Source: Mobula hypostoma
Taxonomy: Eukaryota
Assembly (NCBI RefSeq): GCF_963921235.1
Contig: NC_086108.1
Coordinates: 48,238,001-48,302,000 of the forward strand
Direction: 5' to 3'
DNA: 64,000 nt
Shown here: positions 8,757 to 21,439 of the stretch, piece after piece
Layout: each line of letters opens with the position of its first letter
How positions within the stretch are numbered: position 1 is the stretch's first letter
The notes under the pieces: generated by a model
Told to the model about the DNA's origin: nothing
Database searches by the model: none
What the model saw: the letters and a program-made list of their open reading frames with translations, nothing else
Made by a program: the position numbers and the translations under genes

Positions 8757-9655
8757 ACATACATCTATTGATGCTTCTGGACACACCTTCAGTGATGTTC
8801 CTGTTTCGGGTCTTTCAACATCATACAACCTCCTCCAGGTGACCCAGCCGGGGCTGATCAGACCCCATCTTGTGTCCAGATGGCTAGCTACTTATGACTC
8901 CATGGCTCCACTCTTTTGAGCCACAGCCATCTTGAGGCCCTCTCTGCCGCATCGGTGGTACTGCGGATGGCTCTCCTCTTCCTCTCTCCCTCGATGCCCA
9001 AAATGCTGAAGGCTCTAACTAAAGAACGGGCTACGAATCCCCTACAACCAACCTCCACTGGGAGATACCTCGCTCTCCATCCAGCCTGCTGACAGTTGCT
9101 GACCAGTCCTGTGTACTTGGAGAGCTTCCTTTCAAAGGCCTCCTCCAAGCGATCTTCCCATGGGACTGTCAGCTCCAGCAGCACCATTTGCTTAGTAGAC
9201 TCAGACACTAGGACAATGTCTGTTCACAGGGTGGTGGCTGCGATATGGTTGGGGAACTTCAGCTGCCCTTTGAGGTCCACCAACAGCTGCCAGTCCCTTG
9301 CAGAGGTCAGAATGCCTGCAGATGTTCTTTTGGCGGGTATTGACTGCTCCCCAGCTCTGACAAAGGCAATGGTCTGCTTGGAGGGTCGGGACTGCTTCGC
9401 CCACTCAACTCCTGCGCTGACGGCTTCAGCGATGGTCTTCAGGACCTGATCATGCCTCCACCTGTACCGTCCCTCACCAAGCGCCCTTGCACAGCCGCTG
9501 AGGATGTGCTGCAGGGTTCCTCGCTTGGAGCACAGTGGGCACGCAGGTGACTCTGCCTTGCCCCATGTATACAGGTTTGATGGGCTTGGAAGCACATTGT
9601 ACACTGCTTGGATGAGAAATTGGATGCGGTGTGGTTCGGCTTTCGGAAATCAGCG
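8757..9655 (-). mobile_element. Hero/R2-superfamily (RLE endonuclease) non-LTR retrotransposon, 3' fragment
   Basis: CPLCSKRGTLQHILSGC zinc knuckle, RHDQVL, LELTVPWE...ERKLSKY, PVEVGCRGF; frameshifted. Confidence 0.85.
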
Positions 9656-9789
9656 CAATTATATTCACAGCTGGTTAACAGGATTTGAAGGATAAAGCAG
9701 GACTCTGCTAGACGTATCTCAGAGACACCTGTGTTCATCAGTGGCCCCTAAAGAGGAAACATGAAGTTTTTAAAAATTACTTATTGTGG

Positions 9790-9990
9790 TACAGAACACA
9801 GTCATGCCGAGTTGTGCTGCCCTCCATCCCCTGCTTTAACCCTAGCCTAATCACGGGACAATATACAATGACCAATTAACCTACTAACCAATACGTCTTT
9901 GGACTGTGGGAGGAAACTGGAGCACCCGGAGGAAACCGACGCGATCTTGAGGATTATATACAAATTCCTTCCAGGCAGCTGCAGGAACCA
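9790..9990 (-). mobile_element. V-SINE (HE1-like) fragment
   Basis: ggactgtgggaggaaactggagcacccggaggaaacc is the reverse complement of the V-domain core. The 5' head is degenerate. Confidence 0.65.
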
Positions 9991-10116
9991 GGAGTAGGTG
10001 AAGCTGAGCCAGATGTACATAGTGAAGTAAAGGGATAAGGAAAACATGGGAAAAAGCTGTCAATGTAATTCTTCCAAGTGTAAGTTATTCCCAAAATTGT
10101 AAACTGCTTATCTACT

Positions 10117-10213
10117 TCAACACATTCTAAATGCTGGAGAAACTCAGCAGGTCAGGCAGTATACATGGAAACAAACAGTCGAGGTTTCAGGCTGCGAATC
10201 TTCCTCAGGACTG
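10117..10213 (-). mobile_element. Degenerate PLE 3'-end remnant with decayed hammerhead
   Basis: aatgctggagaaactcagcaggtcaggcag...cagtcgaggtttcaggc...tcaggactg aligns to 1-40 and 36530-36625. Confidence 0.75.
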
Positions 10214-10367
10214 CTTATCGACTTCTGTGCATCATCATTATTTTCTGGTGGCAATTCACTTCCCACCACAGAACTGCAACTCTGATATCTTACTGTGGAG
10301 AAGCGTAAATCTGTGAGCGAATCAGTTGGTTCTATGTCAATGCCACAAGTTTTCTGCCCTCCTCTAG

Positions 10368-10512
10368 GTGACGTCAGATGGTTACGTGACCGTACGTAGA
10401 GATGGAAGTCTTCATATTGAAAGGATTCGCCTACGAGATGGTGGAAAATACACATGCCTTGCCAGTAACGTTGCTGGAACAAGCAACAGAACTACTACTG
10501 TGAATATATTTG
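10368..10512 (+). CDS. HMCN1: Hemicentin-1 exon (Ig domain C-half), phase 0>1
   Basis: ctag|GTG...TTTG|gtgagt; VTSDGYVTVRRDGSLHIERIRLRDGGKYTCLASNVAGTSNRTTTVNIF; 145 bp. Confidence 0.92.
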
Positions 10513-11085
10513 GTGAGTGTGATTCGACTGCTGTCCCAAGAGACCACGTGATTGGAGTAGAAGGAGCACTGCAAGTTGATGAGTTGTGAAATATTTGAGA
10601 TAATGTTGATCCCTATTTCTGCCTTTTTATTTGGAGCCATTGAAATTATGTTACATTTTACCTTTGTTATTTAACGATTGTGAAAAAACATAATGGTAAA
10701 TGAATTGTAAGTGATTTCCACATGACATGTTAACTTTACCAGATGTGTCACCAGGGGCAACCAGGTGTACAATAACAGATTATGTACAAGAACATTTTTT
10801 TTGGGTAGGTTTCCTGTCCCCTTCCAATGAATGTCATTTCCTTTTTATGTTTTTGTCTAGAGGGACAATAAAAAAGATATGGCTGAATGCTTTTACTCCT
10901 GACTGTTAGTTTTATTCACAGGAGTATTGGAAAAGGAGGAATTATTTCACCCTTCCGTCTCTCCACCTGCCTTACCAATCAGTAAAGTCAAGGGCAACAT
11001 GTATCTTGATTTACTAGCCTCGGCTCCATTCCCATGACATCACCAGTAGTTCAAGAGTGGAACTTTTGTTCTCAGTTTTGAAGTT

Positions 11086-11910
11086 AGACCACAAGACATG
11101 GGAAAACAATTAGGCCAATTATTTTCCCTCTCAATCCCTTTCTTCTGCCTTCAACCTTTAACCTTTGACACCCTTACTCATCAAGAACCTGTGAACTTGT
11201 GTTGTAAGTATACCCTATGGCATGGCATCTGTGGCAATGAATTCCAGAGAGTCGCCTGCCTCTAGCTACAGAAATTCCTTCTCACCCTTGTGATTGTATT
11301 CAGAGCCTCTGCTCTCTTGTTCTAGACTTGTCCACTATTTGAAACATCCTCTGCACATCCACTCTATCCAGGCCTTTCAATATTCCGTAGATTTCAAGAG
11401 ATCCAAACTCCAGTGATTACAATCCCAGGGACACCACATGCTCCTCATATGTTAAACTTTTCATTTCCTGAATCATTCTTGTGAACCTCGTCTGGACCAT
11501 CTCCAATTCCAGCACCCTTTCTTAGATAAGGGGCTGAAAACTGCTCACAGTACTGTAAGTGCCATCTGACCAGTGCCTTATAAAGCCTTAACATTCTGTC
11601 CTTGTTTTTGTAATCTAGTCCTCTCAAAGTGAATGCTAACATTGCATTTGCCTTCTTCACCACCAACTCAACTTGCAAGTTACCCTTTAGCGAATCCTGC
11701 ATGAGGACTTCCAAGTCCCTTTGTACATCTGATTTCTGAATTTTTTCCCCATTTAGAAAATAGTTTACCCCTTTAGTCCTTCTACCAAAGTGCATGACCA
11801 TACACTTCCCTACACTATATTCCATCTACCAGATCTTTGCTCTGCCTATCTTTGTATCATTTGCAAACTTGGCACAAAGCCATCAGTTCTGTTATCCAGA
11901 TCATCAACAT
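11086..11910 (-). mobile_element. CR1-type LINE, 3' fragment
   Basis: ORF 11445..11825 (KCMVMHFG...LYKALVR..LQYC); CR1 tail near 11086. Confidence 0.85.
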
Positions 11911-11911
11911 A

Positions 11912-12982
11912 TCGAGTAGAAAAAAAGGGGGCCTTTTCTGGTTTGCTGCTGGTGACTAAAATTGTTCCACAAGTGTCAGTGTTGGGACCACTTCTTTTCG
12001 TGTTAGATGTCAATGATTTAGATGACCGAATTGATGGTTTTGTGGCCAAATTTGCAGATGATATGAAGATAGGTGGAGGGGCAGCTAGTGTTGAGGAAAC
12101 AGGGAGTCTGCAAAAAGACTTAGACAGGTTAGGAGATGGGCAAAGAAGTGGCAGTTGAAATATTATGTAGGGAAATGTAATGTCATGCACTTTGGTAGAC
12201 GGAATAAAGGCATAGACTATTTTCTAAACAGGCAGAAAATTCAGAAATCAGAGGTGCAAAGGGACTTGGGTGTCCTCATGTAGGATTCCCCAAAGGTTAA
12301 CTTGCAGGTTGAGTTGGTTGAAAGGAAGCCAAATGTAACGTTAGCATTCATTTTGAGAAGATTAGAATATAAAAGCAAAGATGTAATGCTGACACTTTAT
12401 AAAGCATTGGTCAGACTGCACTTGGAGTATGTGAGCAGTTTTAGGCTCCTTATCTAAGAAAAGATATGTTTGCATTGGAGAGGGTCCAGAGAAGGTTCAC
12501 AAAAATGCTTCCAGGAATGAAAGGGTTAACACATGAGGAGCATTTGATGGCTCTGGGCCTGTACTCCCTGCAGTTTTGAAGAATGAGGGGAGATCACATT
12601 GAAACCTATTGAATATTGAAAGGCCTAGATAGAGTGGATGCAGAGAGGATGTTTCCAAAAGTGGGGGAGTCTAGAACCAGAGGGCACAGTCTCAGAATAG
12701 AGGTATGTCCATTTAGAACAGAGATGAGGCTGAATTTCTTTTGCCAGAAGGTGGTGAATCTGTAGAATTGATTGCCACAGACAGCTGTGGAAGTCAAGTC
12801 ATTGAGTATATTTAAAGCAGAAGTTGATAGGCTCCTGGTTAGTCATGGCGTCGAAGGTTATGGGGAGAAAGCAGGAGAATGGGGTTGAGAGGGATAATAA
12901 ATTAGCCATGATGGAATGGCAGAGCAGACTGGATGAGCTAAATAGCCTAATTCTGCTCCTATGTCTTATAGTCTTGTGGTTT
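11912..12982 (+). mobile_element. CR1-type LINE, 3' fragment
   Basis: VPQVSVLGPLLF...KFADD RT motifs; CR1 tail at 12945-12980. Confidence 0.88.
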
Positions 12983-13074
12983 GTAATGTAAAACAGTAAG
13001 TTGATCCCAGTGGATGCATAGGTGAGTATTTGAGAGGAATATGGGTGATAAATGGGCACTTGATGGTTCGTATA

Positions 13075-14050
13075 GATTTATTGGGCAGAAGGGCCTATTT
13101 CTCTTATTGATTCCTGGTGTTCCAACATTTTTTTCCATTACACGTGTTAGGGTGACTGGCCAATAATTTCCTATTTTCTTGAACAATGATGTTGCATTTG
13201 CAATTTACCAGTCTCCTTGGTCATCTCTGGAAGCCATGGGGCTACCCCTCACATTTCCCTCAAACCTACCCCCTCTCACCTTCAGTGCATGCCCACTGGT
13301 ATTAGACATTTCTACCCTAGAAAAAAGATGCTCCCTGTATATTCTATCTACGCCTATCATAATCTTGTAAGCCCCTATCAAATCTCTCCTCAGCCTCCGC
13401 TACTGCAAAGAAAACAACCCAAGTTTATCCAGCCTCTCATGATAGCATGTGCCCTCTAAACCAGGCAGCATCCCGGTAAACCTCTTCTGCACCCTCTCCA
13501 AAGCCTCAACATCCTTCCTATAGTGGGGTGACCAGAACTGTACACAGTACTCCAGTTGTGGCCTAACTAGGGTTTTATAAAGTTGCAACATAACCTCCTG
13601 ACTTTTGAACTCAATGCCTTGACTAATAAAAACAAGCATTCCATCCTTCTTAACCACCTTATTGACTTGTGTAGCGACTTTCATGAAGCTGTGAACTTGG
13701 ATCCCAAGACCTCTCTGCTCAGCAAGACTGCTAAGGTCTTTCAATTATCTTGGTTGAACTCCACCTGCCATTTCTCAGCCTATATCTGCAACTGATCTAT
13801 ATTTTCGCTGTATTCTTTGCCAGTCTTCTACATTATCTACAACTCCACCAATCTTAGTATCATCTGCAAACTTACTAACCCACTACATTTTCAGCCAAGT
13901 CATTATATACATCACAAGCAGCTGGGGTCCCAGCACAGATCCCTGCAGAACATCACTAATTATAGACTGCCAACTCAAATAAATCCCTTCAATCACCACC
14001 CGCTGTCTTCTATGTTCAAGCAAGTTCTGAATCCAAACAGCCAATTTGCT
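13075..14050 (-). mobile_element. CR1-type LINE fragment (degenerate)
   Basis: ORF 13400..13744 contains LYKTLVRPQLEYCVQFWSP. Confidence 0.8.
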
Positions 14051-14139
14051 GCAGTAGCGCTACTAGGACTTGATGTTTCAATCCCTATGGTAAGTCGGCA
14101 CTCCCAATGTTGGCAGTGGGCTTGGAGTGGTGACAAGGA

Positions 14140-14665
14140 GGGAGGGTAGGTATGTCATTGGGGTCTTCAGGTGGGCACCCTCCTTTTTTGACATTTCATT
14201 GATAAGCCCACGACGTTTCCAGAGGGCTCAACGGTGCTACCTGGCGTCCCAGATACACCCCCCTCAGTTCCATACCCTCCTGTCTTCACCTTGCAGCCCA
14301 GTTGTAGTTTTTCCTTTTAATCCAAATCCAATTGCTGCTTTTTTCTGCTGCGTTTGACAAGGACTTGATTGCTTGTTGGAGGGAGTGACCCCTCACCCCC
14401 ATCTTCTTCAATAGGCTGGTCGTAGATGTAGCAATAAATCCCCTGCATCCCACTTCTACAGGGAAAATCTTGGTCTTCCAGGTATTTTGGGCAGCTTCAA
14501 TTGCCAGTTCAGAGTACTTGGTCTTTTTCCTCTCAAACTTCTTCGACACCATATGCCAGCTTGGCTGTTGTGGACCACAGGACCATGTCTGGCCGGAGTG
14601 TTGTAGCCGCAATGTTTGGGGGAAACACAAGCTTTTTTCCCCCAAGTCCATGTCCATTTTCCAAT
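14140..14665 (-). mobile_element. Second Hero-like RLE retrotransposon 3' fragment (different subfamily)
   Basis: FPPNIAATTLRPDMVLWS and ERKKTKY...FPVEVGCRGF in adjacent frames. Confidence 0.8.
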
Positions 14666-14667
14666 CC

Positions 14668-15202
14668 TATGTTCCCTCTTAACCTATGTTCCCTCTTAAG
14701 TGCGCACGTGAACACCTCTTTTGCCGCTAGCGCACAAAGGAATTTAAACTGAGCACAAAAGGTTGTCACCCTATACTTCGGAGGCATGTGAAGTATATTT
14801 CGTGATCGTACACAATCACACTTCCTTTTCCGGTTTCTGATGCAAACAGTGTTGACAACATGGAATTTGTGATGATTTGTCTGCAGATTTTAGAACTGGC
14901 TTATTTATACTGTTTTTATTGAAGAAATTATTGATTCATTAAGTTGAATTCCAAAGAAACAAAGGGCCTGAAGTGCAAAAGAACTGTTAGTTTATTTAAA
15001 GCAGAATGGCTTAATGAAATAGTAGAAACTTCTACACTGAAAGCTCACGAGGTCAAAATATATAGCTATGAGAAATATTGATGTACAATACAGGTCTTGG
15101 CACAATGCAAAAGTTGCTGGGGAATTTACAAATGGGAAGAAGTGGAGTGATATTTGGAAACTTGACTTCTTAAAGTGTCATTTAGCAAGCAAATCACATA
15201 TG
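14668..15202 (+). mobile_element. Probable hAT-type DNA transposon 5' fragment
   Basis: Starts with a duplicated ctatgttccctcttaa, a possible TIR-like end. Remnant AKVAGEFTNGKKWSDIWKLDFLKCHLASKSH resembles TTF-type zinc fingers of hAT transposases. Confidence 0.5.
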
Positions 15203-15400
15203 GCCAGTGATGAGCCTCCCATGAGGGCCTTTGTCAAACACCTCACTTAAATCCATGTAGACAACCTCCACTGCTCTACCTTCGTCAACCTCTCTCATCA
15301 CCTTGTCAAAGAGCTCAGTCAAGTTGGTAAGGCACGACCTGCCCCACACAAAGTCATGCCGGCTCTCCCTAATTAGGCCATGAGTTTCCAAATGCTGATA
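15203..15400 (-). mobile_element. CR1 RT fragment
   Basis: GRSCLTNL...VYMDLSEVFDK.PH. Confidence 0.8.
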
Positions 15401-16601
15401 TCTTTGACAAGCAACCTGCCATTTCCTGTTGGGACAAGTTGAAACCTTCCAACACTGAATTCAATAATTTCAGGTTACTCACTTCCTTTATTTGTATCAG
15501 ATAGGTAGCTAATAGATAGAGAGAGAGGTAGATGCATGCATGTACGCATACGTAGTTGGATTGAAGTAGAGATAAATGAACAGACAATAGATAGATGTTC
15601 TACTGTACGCTATCCATCTGCAATATTAATTCAGTTTTCCCTCTCTGAAGTGTTTTCTCTTCTACTGAATCTTTGTTTCCTTTTCTGTATTTTTTTCCAG
15701 ATTTCCAACTTCTGTAGTTTCTCTACAATTTTCTTTTTGTCTTATGGGTTTGCCTTGAATTGTTTTCTAAAGAGATTATTACAAGTTCCTTCACCTCTAA
15801 CCCCTTTAGACTCCATATGTTTAATATTTATTTTGAAGATCAATCCAAAATGATAATTTAAAATCACAGCTATTTCTCTATTTCCAATTATTAATTCCTC
15901 AGTTTCCAATGTTGAATTTACCTACTATCTTTTTTCCTTATAAACCTGTCAAAGTCTTACTGTGTGCTTTTATGTTACTTTATAGATTACTCTTGCACTC
16001 TGTTTCCTCCTTCATCTTTATCATTTAGTTATCCTTGGCTGGCACAGCAAATTAAAGGAATGTATTTAAGAAAGTTTTTAGCTAATCGAAGACAAATTCA
16101 TCAAAGTCTTACCATTGCATTATGCTTTCTAATCCAAAAAAAAGACTTTAAAATTCTATTTTGAAATGAAGGTTATGTTACACTTCATAGATATTCTGTT
16201 AACTGAGTTCAGTGGTGATTAAAATATTGATAACAATAACATTGAAACACTTGTCCATTGAATGTTATGATGACTTTGACAGATAAAAATGAGCAACTCT
16301 TAATAACTTCAGTAGGTCCACACAGAGTTCTCAACAGGAAACTGGCAGACCAGCTTGTGTCCTCTCCAGTTAATGACTTCCCCAGACTGAATGATATGCT
16401 TGTACTGCAGAGTTAATCTGGGAGAAAGATAAATCTATGTACTAGTTCCTCTGTTTTTAGAAAAAACTAGCACTTGCTTTATATGCACAGCACAAAAATG
16501 AACATAAAATGTTCTAAATAAAAAGTTCTTTTAACATTGACTTTTTAAAGCCAACTTCATCAGTACTCAAAATTAACTTAGTCTAGCCCCCCCCACAAAC
16601 A

Positions 16602-16604
<3 letters not shown>

Positions 16605-16632
<28 letters not shown>
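16605..16632. repeat. (AC)14 microsatellite
   Basis: Read directly from the sequence. Confidence 0.95.
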
Positions 16633-16689
16633 TTATGAAACTTTTCTGCTAAAGCTTACTGTTTTGTTGCTTGGAACATTTAAGTCTTA

Positions 16690-18205
16690 AGAGTCTGGAT
16701 GCATTGGTCATGATCTTTAAAAAATCACTTGATTCTGGCATTGTCCTGGAGGGCTGGAAGATTGTAAGTGTCACTCCACTCCTTAAGAAGGGAAGAAGGC
16801 AAAAGGAAGGAAATTATAGGCCAGTTAACCCAACCTCAGTGGCTGGGAAAGTTTTGGAGTCTATTATTAAGGATGAAGTTTCAAGGCACTTGGAGACTAA
16901 TGATAAAATAAGGCAAAGTCAGCATAGCTTCTGTAAAAGGAATTCTTGCCTGACGAATTTGTTGGAGTTCTTTGAGGAAGTAACAAACAGGGTGGACAAA
17001 GGAGAGGCAGTGGATGTCATTTACTTTGATTTTCAGAAGGCGTTTGATAAGGTGCCACACATGAGGCTGCTTAACAAGATCAAATCCTATGGCATTACAG
17101 GAAAGATATTGGCATGGATAGCAGAATGGCTGACAGGCAGGAGGCAGTGAGTGGCCTTTTCTGGTTGGCTGTCAGTGACTTGTGGTGTTCCTCAGGGGTC
17201 AGTATTGGGACCACTACTTTTCATATTGCTTGTCAGTGATTTAGATAATGGAATTGATGGCTTTGTGGCAAAGTTTGCAGATGATACAAAGATAGGTGGA
17301 GGGGTAGGTAGTGCTGAGGAAGCAAGGTGATTGTGGCAGTACGTAGGCAAATTGGAAGAATGGACAAAAAAGTGGCAGATGGAATACAGTGTTGAGAAAT
17401 GTATGATAATGTATTTAGGTAAAAGGAACAATAGTGCAGACTATTATCTAAATGGGGAGACATCAGAGGTGCAAAGGAATTTAGGAGTTCTCATGCAAGA
17501 CTCCCAGAAGGTTAATTTACAGGTTGAGTCTGTGGTAAGGAAGCCAAATGCAATGTTGGCATTTATTTAATAGGGAATAGAATATAAAAGCAAGGGGGTA
17601 ATGCTGAGCCTTTATAATACACTAGTCAGGCCGTGCTTAGGGTATTGTCAATGGTTTTGGGCCCTGTATCTCAGATAGGATGTGTTGTCATTGGAGAGTG
17701 TCCAGAGAAAGTTCACAAGGATGATTCTGGGAATGAAGGGCTTAACATAAGAGCTCAATGAAGGGTTTAACATTGGCAGCTTTGGGCCTGTACTCACTAG
17801 AATTTAGAAGTATATGGGGGGATCTCATTGAAGCCTACCAAATGTTGAAAGGACTAGATAGGGTGGATATGAAGAGGATGTTTCCTATGGTGGGGGTATC
17901 CAGAACTAGAGGGTACAGCCTCAAAATTGAGGGGCAACCCTTTAGAACAGTGCTAAAGAGGAATTTTTTTTAGCCAGAGAGTAGTAAATCTGTGGAATGC
18001 TCTGCCACAGACTGCAGTGAAAGCCAAGTCTGTGTGTATATTTAAGGTGGAAGTTGATCGTTTCATGATTGGTTAGGGCATCAAAGGATATGGCGAGAAG
18101 GCAGGTATATGGGGTTGAGTGGGATTTGGGATCAGCCATGATAAAATGGCAGAGTAGACTCGATGGGCTGAATGGCCTAATTCTGCTCCTGTCTTATGGT
18201 TTTAA
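16690..18205 (+). mobile_element. CR1-type LINE, 5'-truncated with stops and frameshifts
   Basis: NYRPV, SCLTNL, DFQKAFDKVPH, PQGSVLGP, FADD; CR1 tail near 18200. Confidence 0.9.
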
Positions 18206-19186
18206 ATCTCTCTTCAAACTTTGTATAATCACATGTACTTGGAATAAACACAACATGGAATGAGCAGTGAAAAATTCTCCCTTTTGTGCACTATCAGTAA
18301 TGATTTGGACTACTTTCATCAACACTTTAAGAATTCCCTCTTTTCCTTTTTAAATCTGTGAACGGCGACTTAGTCTGGAAAATATTTCTTACTCCCATAC
18401 ACTGGTACGGGTTCCAAAATGCAATTGATAACATCTCATTGAAAGGCTATTTCCAGTTCACCTCCATCATTCACACCATTTGTATAATTATAGAAATCAA
18501 ATTAGGGGAAAAAAAGCAAATGAGAAAATAGCAGGACTAGACCACCTTATCTACAAAATGCCCAAAACAGGGCTAAACCTGAAAAGCTGTTAACTAAGTG
18601 TCATGCACAGGACAAACCACTGCAGGTCTTTCCATCACTTCTGTCATCTTCAGGTGTCATACTTAAAAATGTTGCAAGTTCAAAGATAATAAATGACAAT
18701 GTTGAGTTTGTGTCAAGTATATACTTGAAATTAATAAATGAAGTCCAGCAGAAATGTTAAACTTTGTAAGTTTTAAGTATCATAAACACTTTAGCAGCAG
18801 AATATTCTATTTCCCAAATGTGATAAAATGTTCCATTTATAATTTGATAGTGGCTTAGAAATTGGACTGCCTTTTACCCCATTTACAAGCATAAAGCATA
18901 TGGCTGTGACAGCCACCATTCATTCCTCAAAGCATTAATTGCCAGTCATACTGGTTCAGATCCAACGCATATACTTAAAAATTTGCTGTTGCCCCATTGT
19001 ACAAGGATATAATGCACATTTCAAGCCACTTTTCAAACTTGGACTGTAGTTAGTTTCTTTAGGTCCTCAAGAGTCAAACTGCTTGCAGCTGCCATCAAAT
19101 AGATGTGTTTTATGTTGTATAGGTCCTGCTGCATTGCTTGGGGAACAGTGTTAGGGCAGGACATCATGTTAGCACATTGTTAGTAT

Positions 19187-19977
19187 ACAAGGTCTCTTCT
19201 TTGTATGTTAGGTTTAAAATGGCTTCTTTGTTATGTTAAATGCTGGGAAACTCTCTAGCTAGACATTTGCTTGGGTTAATACAGATAGCAGGTGCTATTA
19301 GCCAATGGGTATTCATGTTATTATTTCTTGGGGTGATAATGCTGTCTCATATGACTGGGAACGGAGGTTTTTGGGGGGAGTCGGAGGAGAGACGGGGAGG
19401 ACGGTGGACGTGTGGGGTTTTTTGGTGGGGAGTCAGAGGAGAGACAAGGAGGACGACGGACGTGCGAAAAGGCTCCAGTCGATCATTCGGGGTGGTCCTG
19501 AGAGCCGATGGGGTCCGGGTGGTCCCGAGCTGCGAGCCGACAGTGTCCGGGCGGCCCCAAGCCATGAGCCGACGGGGTCTGGGCGGTCCCGAGCCGCGAG
19601 CCGACGGGGTCCGGGCGGTCCCGAGCCCAGAATCGACAGGGTCCGGGTGGTCCCGAGCTGCGAGTCGACAGGGTCCGGGTGGTCGCCAAGAATTTCTGAG
19701 CTCCAACTTGTGCACAAAGAACTTGGACTTTGATAAGTCTGGTGCTTTTTTTCCTCCATTACTTCCTTTTCTGTATCAAACTTATATTAATTTCATAGAC
19801 GTAGTAATATCTATAAAGTGTACCTGGTAAAAGGTACTGTGGGTGTTGGCTGATGATTGATGTTTGGGATTGATTCGGGTGGCTGTGGTACAGCAACCGA
19901 CCAAGCGGGAAGCATCCAGGCAGGCGCCGGGCGGGATTTCCCCTAGACACATACGAGCCAATATAGTGGAGCGTATA
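19187..19977. mobile_element. Probable solo LTR with internal minisatellite
   Basis: ~790-bp compositionally distinct block (CCAAT-like motifs, G-rich centre, CpG-rich repeat) bounded by (a)gtat(a). Canonical TG..CA ends are not clearly present. Confidence 0.4.
19502..19684. repeat. 32-bp GC/CpG-rich minisatellite, ~5.7 copies
   Basis: Unit ~gagccgacggggtccgggcggtcccgagccgc starting at 19502, 19534, 19566, 19598, 19630 and 19662. Confidence 0.92.
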
Positions 19978-20634
19978 GTATAGTATAGCTAACAGCCACT
20001 TGTGAAAAAGAGATGACACCAGTGAGGTCGAGGAACCTGCCCTCTCAAACACCTGCAGTGGTGTCTAAGGTCTCCAGTAATGATGACTAATTTTTCTTAT
20101 ATTATTTTGACTCTAAGCTTAAAGCTTTGAAACCCGTTTGCCATTATGCCTCTCTTTTCTCCTTTAAAATGATCCTTAAAACTTACCTCTTTGACCAGGT
20201 TTCTGGTCACTGCCCTAATATCTTTTCAAGTATCTCTTTAAAAGTTGTTCAAGATGTATTATAAAACTTCTAAAAAATGAAAATAAATTAATTATTGAAT
20301 ACGTTTTTTTTAAATAGCAAGTGAGGTGCAAAACTTAAGCAGAAAGCTTGAACTTACGACCTTGGTGATGGTGATAAAGAGTTGTTAAGATATTGGTGAA
20401 GGAGCTTGAAGCCTGGAATGAGTGGTGTCTTTAAGGGGAGGGGCAGTCCAGTGTACCAATATCTGGGCCCCAGCATATTTCTGAACTGATCATTCAATTT
20501 TTAGAGTCGGAAATTGAAGACCTGTTGAATATAGAAGGGTGGACAGGCACCAGTTCCCAGTGGACCATCGTCCAAATAGATCTGGATCCTGTCCTATATA
20601 TCTGGTCATTAATGGATTGCTTCATCTCTTTCAG

Positions 20635-20747
20635 TTGTGCCCACCATCCAACATGGACCTCAGATATTCAGTACCATTGAGGGAGTCCCAATTCGGCTAC
20701 CCTGCAAAGCACATGGTATTCCCAAGCCTTCCATTAGCTGGTCAAAG
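20635..20747 (+). CDS. HMCN1: Hemicentin-1 exon (Ig N-half), phase 1>0; coding frame not in ORF track
   Basis: ttcag|TTGTG...TCAAAG|gtatgt; (V)VPTIQHGPQIFSTIEGVPIRLPCKAHGIPKPSISWSK; 113 bp. Confidence 0.92.
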
Positions 20748-21439
20748 GTATGTGCCCTAATTTGCAAGCAGGCTGCCAAAATCTCCTGCCTTTAGAATTG
20801 CCAGGAAACTCATTCTGAAATATTTGCCCCAGATGATTTGTTCTGAAATTGATTAGTGTTCCAATGTCATAAGTACGCATTCCTCTGTTGTTCTGCTAAT
20901 AATATAATCACACACTACTAAATTCAAGCTGAAATATCATCATGTACATGTTTCACAATTTAAATTATAATGGAATAGAGTAGATTCCCATTGAAATACA
21001 TTTGAGGAATTCACATATTATGCAGCATTTCTCCTCTACGTGCACAACAGGCCATTTTGAGATATTCCTAAAACATTTATTTGAAACACAAATTAGCTGA
21101 TAGCTGATGTCTGGGAAATACATTAGAGTTGCCTGTGTTCCTTTGATGCTGCAAAAGACTCTCATTGTATGAAACAGAATTTATTTCCAGCATTGGTAAA
21201 TTCAAGTCACATTTGAACTGCATCAGTCACATAAAAGCTGAGCTGTCCAATGTAGAGTTCGCATGCATCAATATATCATGGCGTTGGAATGTAAAAAATG
21301 AAATAGTGTGTTATTCATTAGACCACTTCTACGTCATAAGGCTCAAAACATTATATGATTGATAATGATCCTGACAGCAGATGATTTCTGCAGATAACTC
21401 ACCTTGTTGAGATTTTGATTTGAATATTTAGCTTTAAGA

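Noticed and set aside
19240..19830. 196-aa and overlapping ORFs; CRISPR-like array
   Set aside because: The open frames arise from a stop-free GC-rich 32-bp tandem repeat. There are no unique spacers, and the context is eukaryotic.
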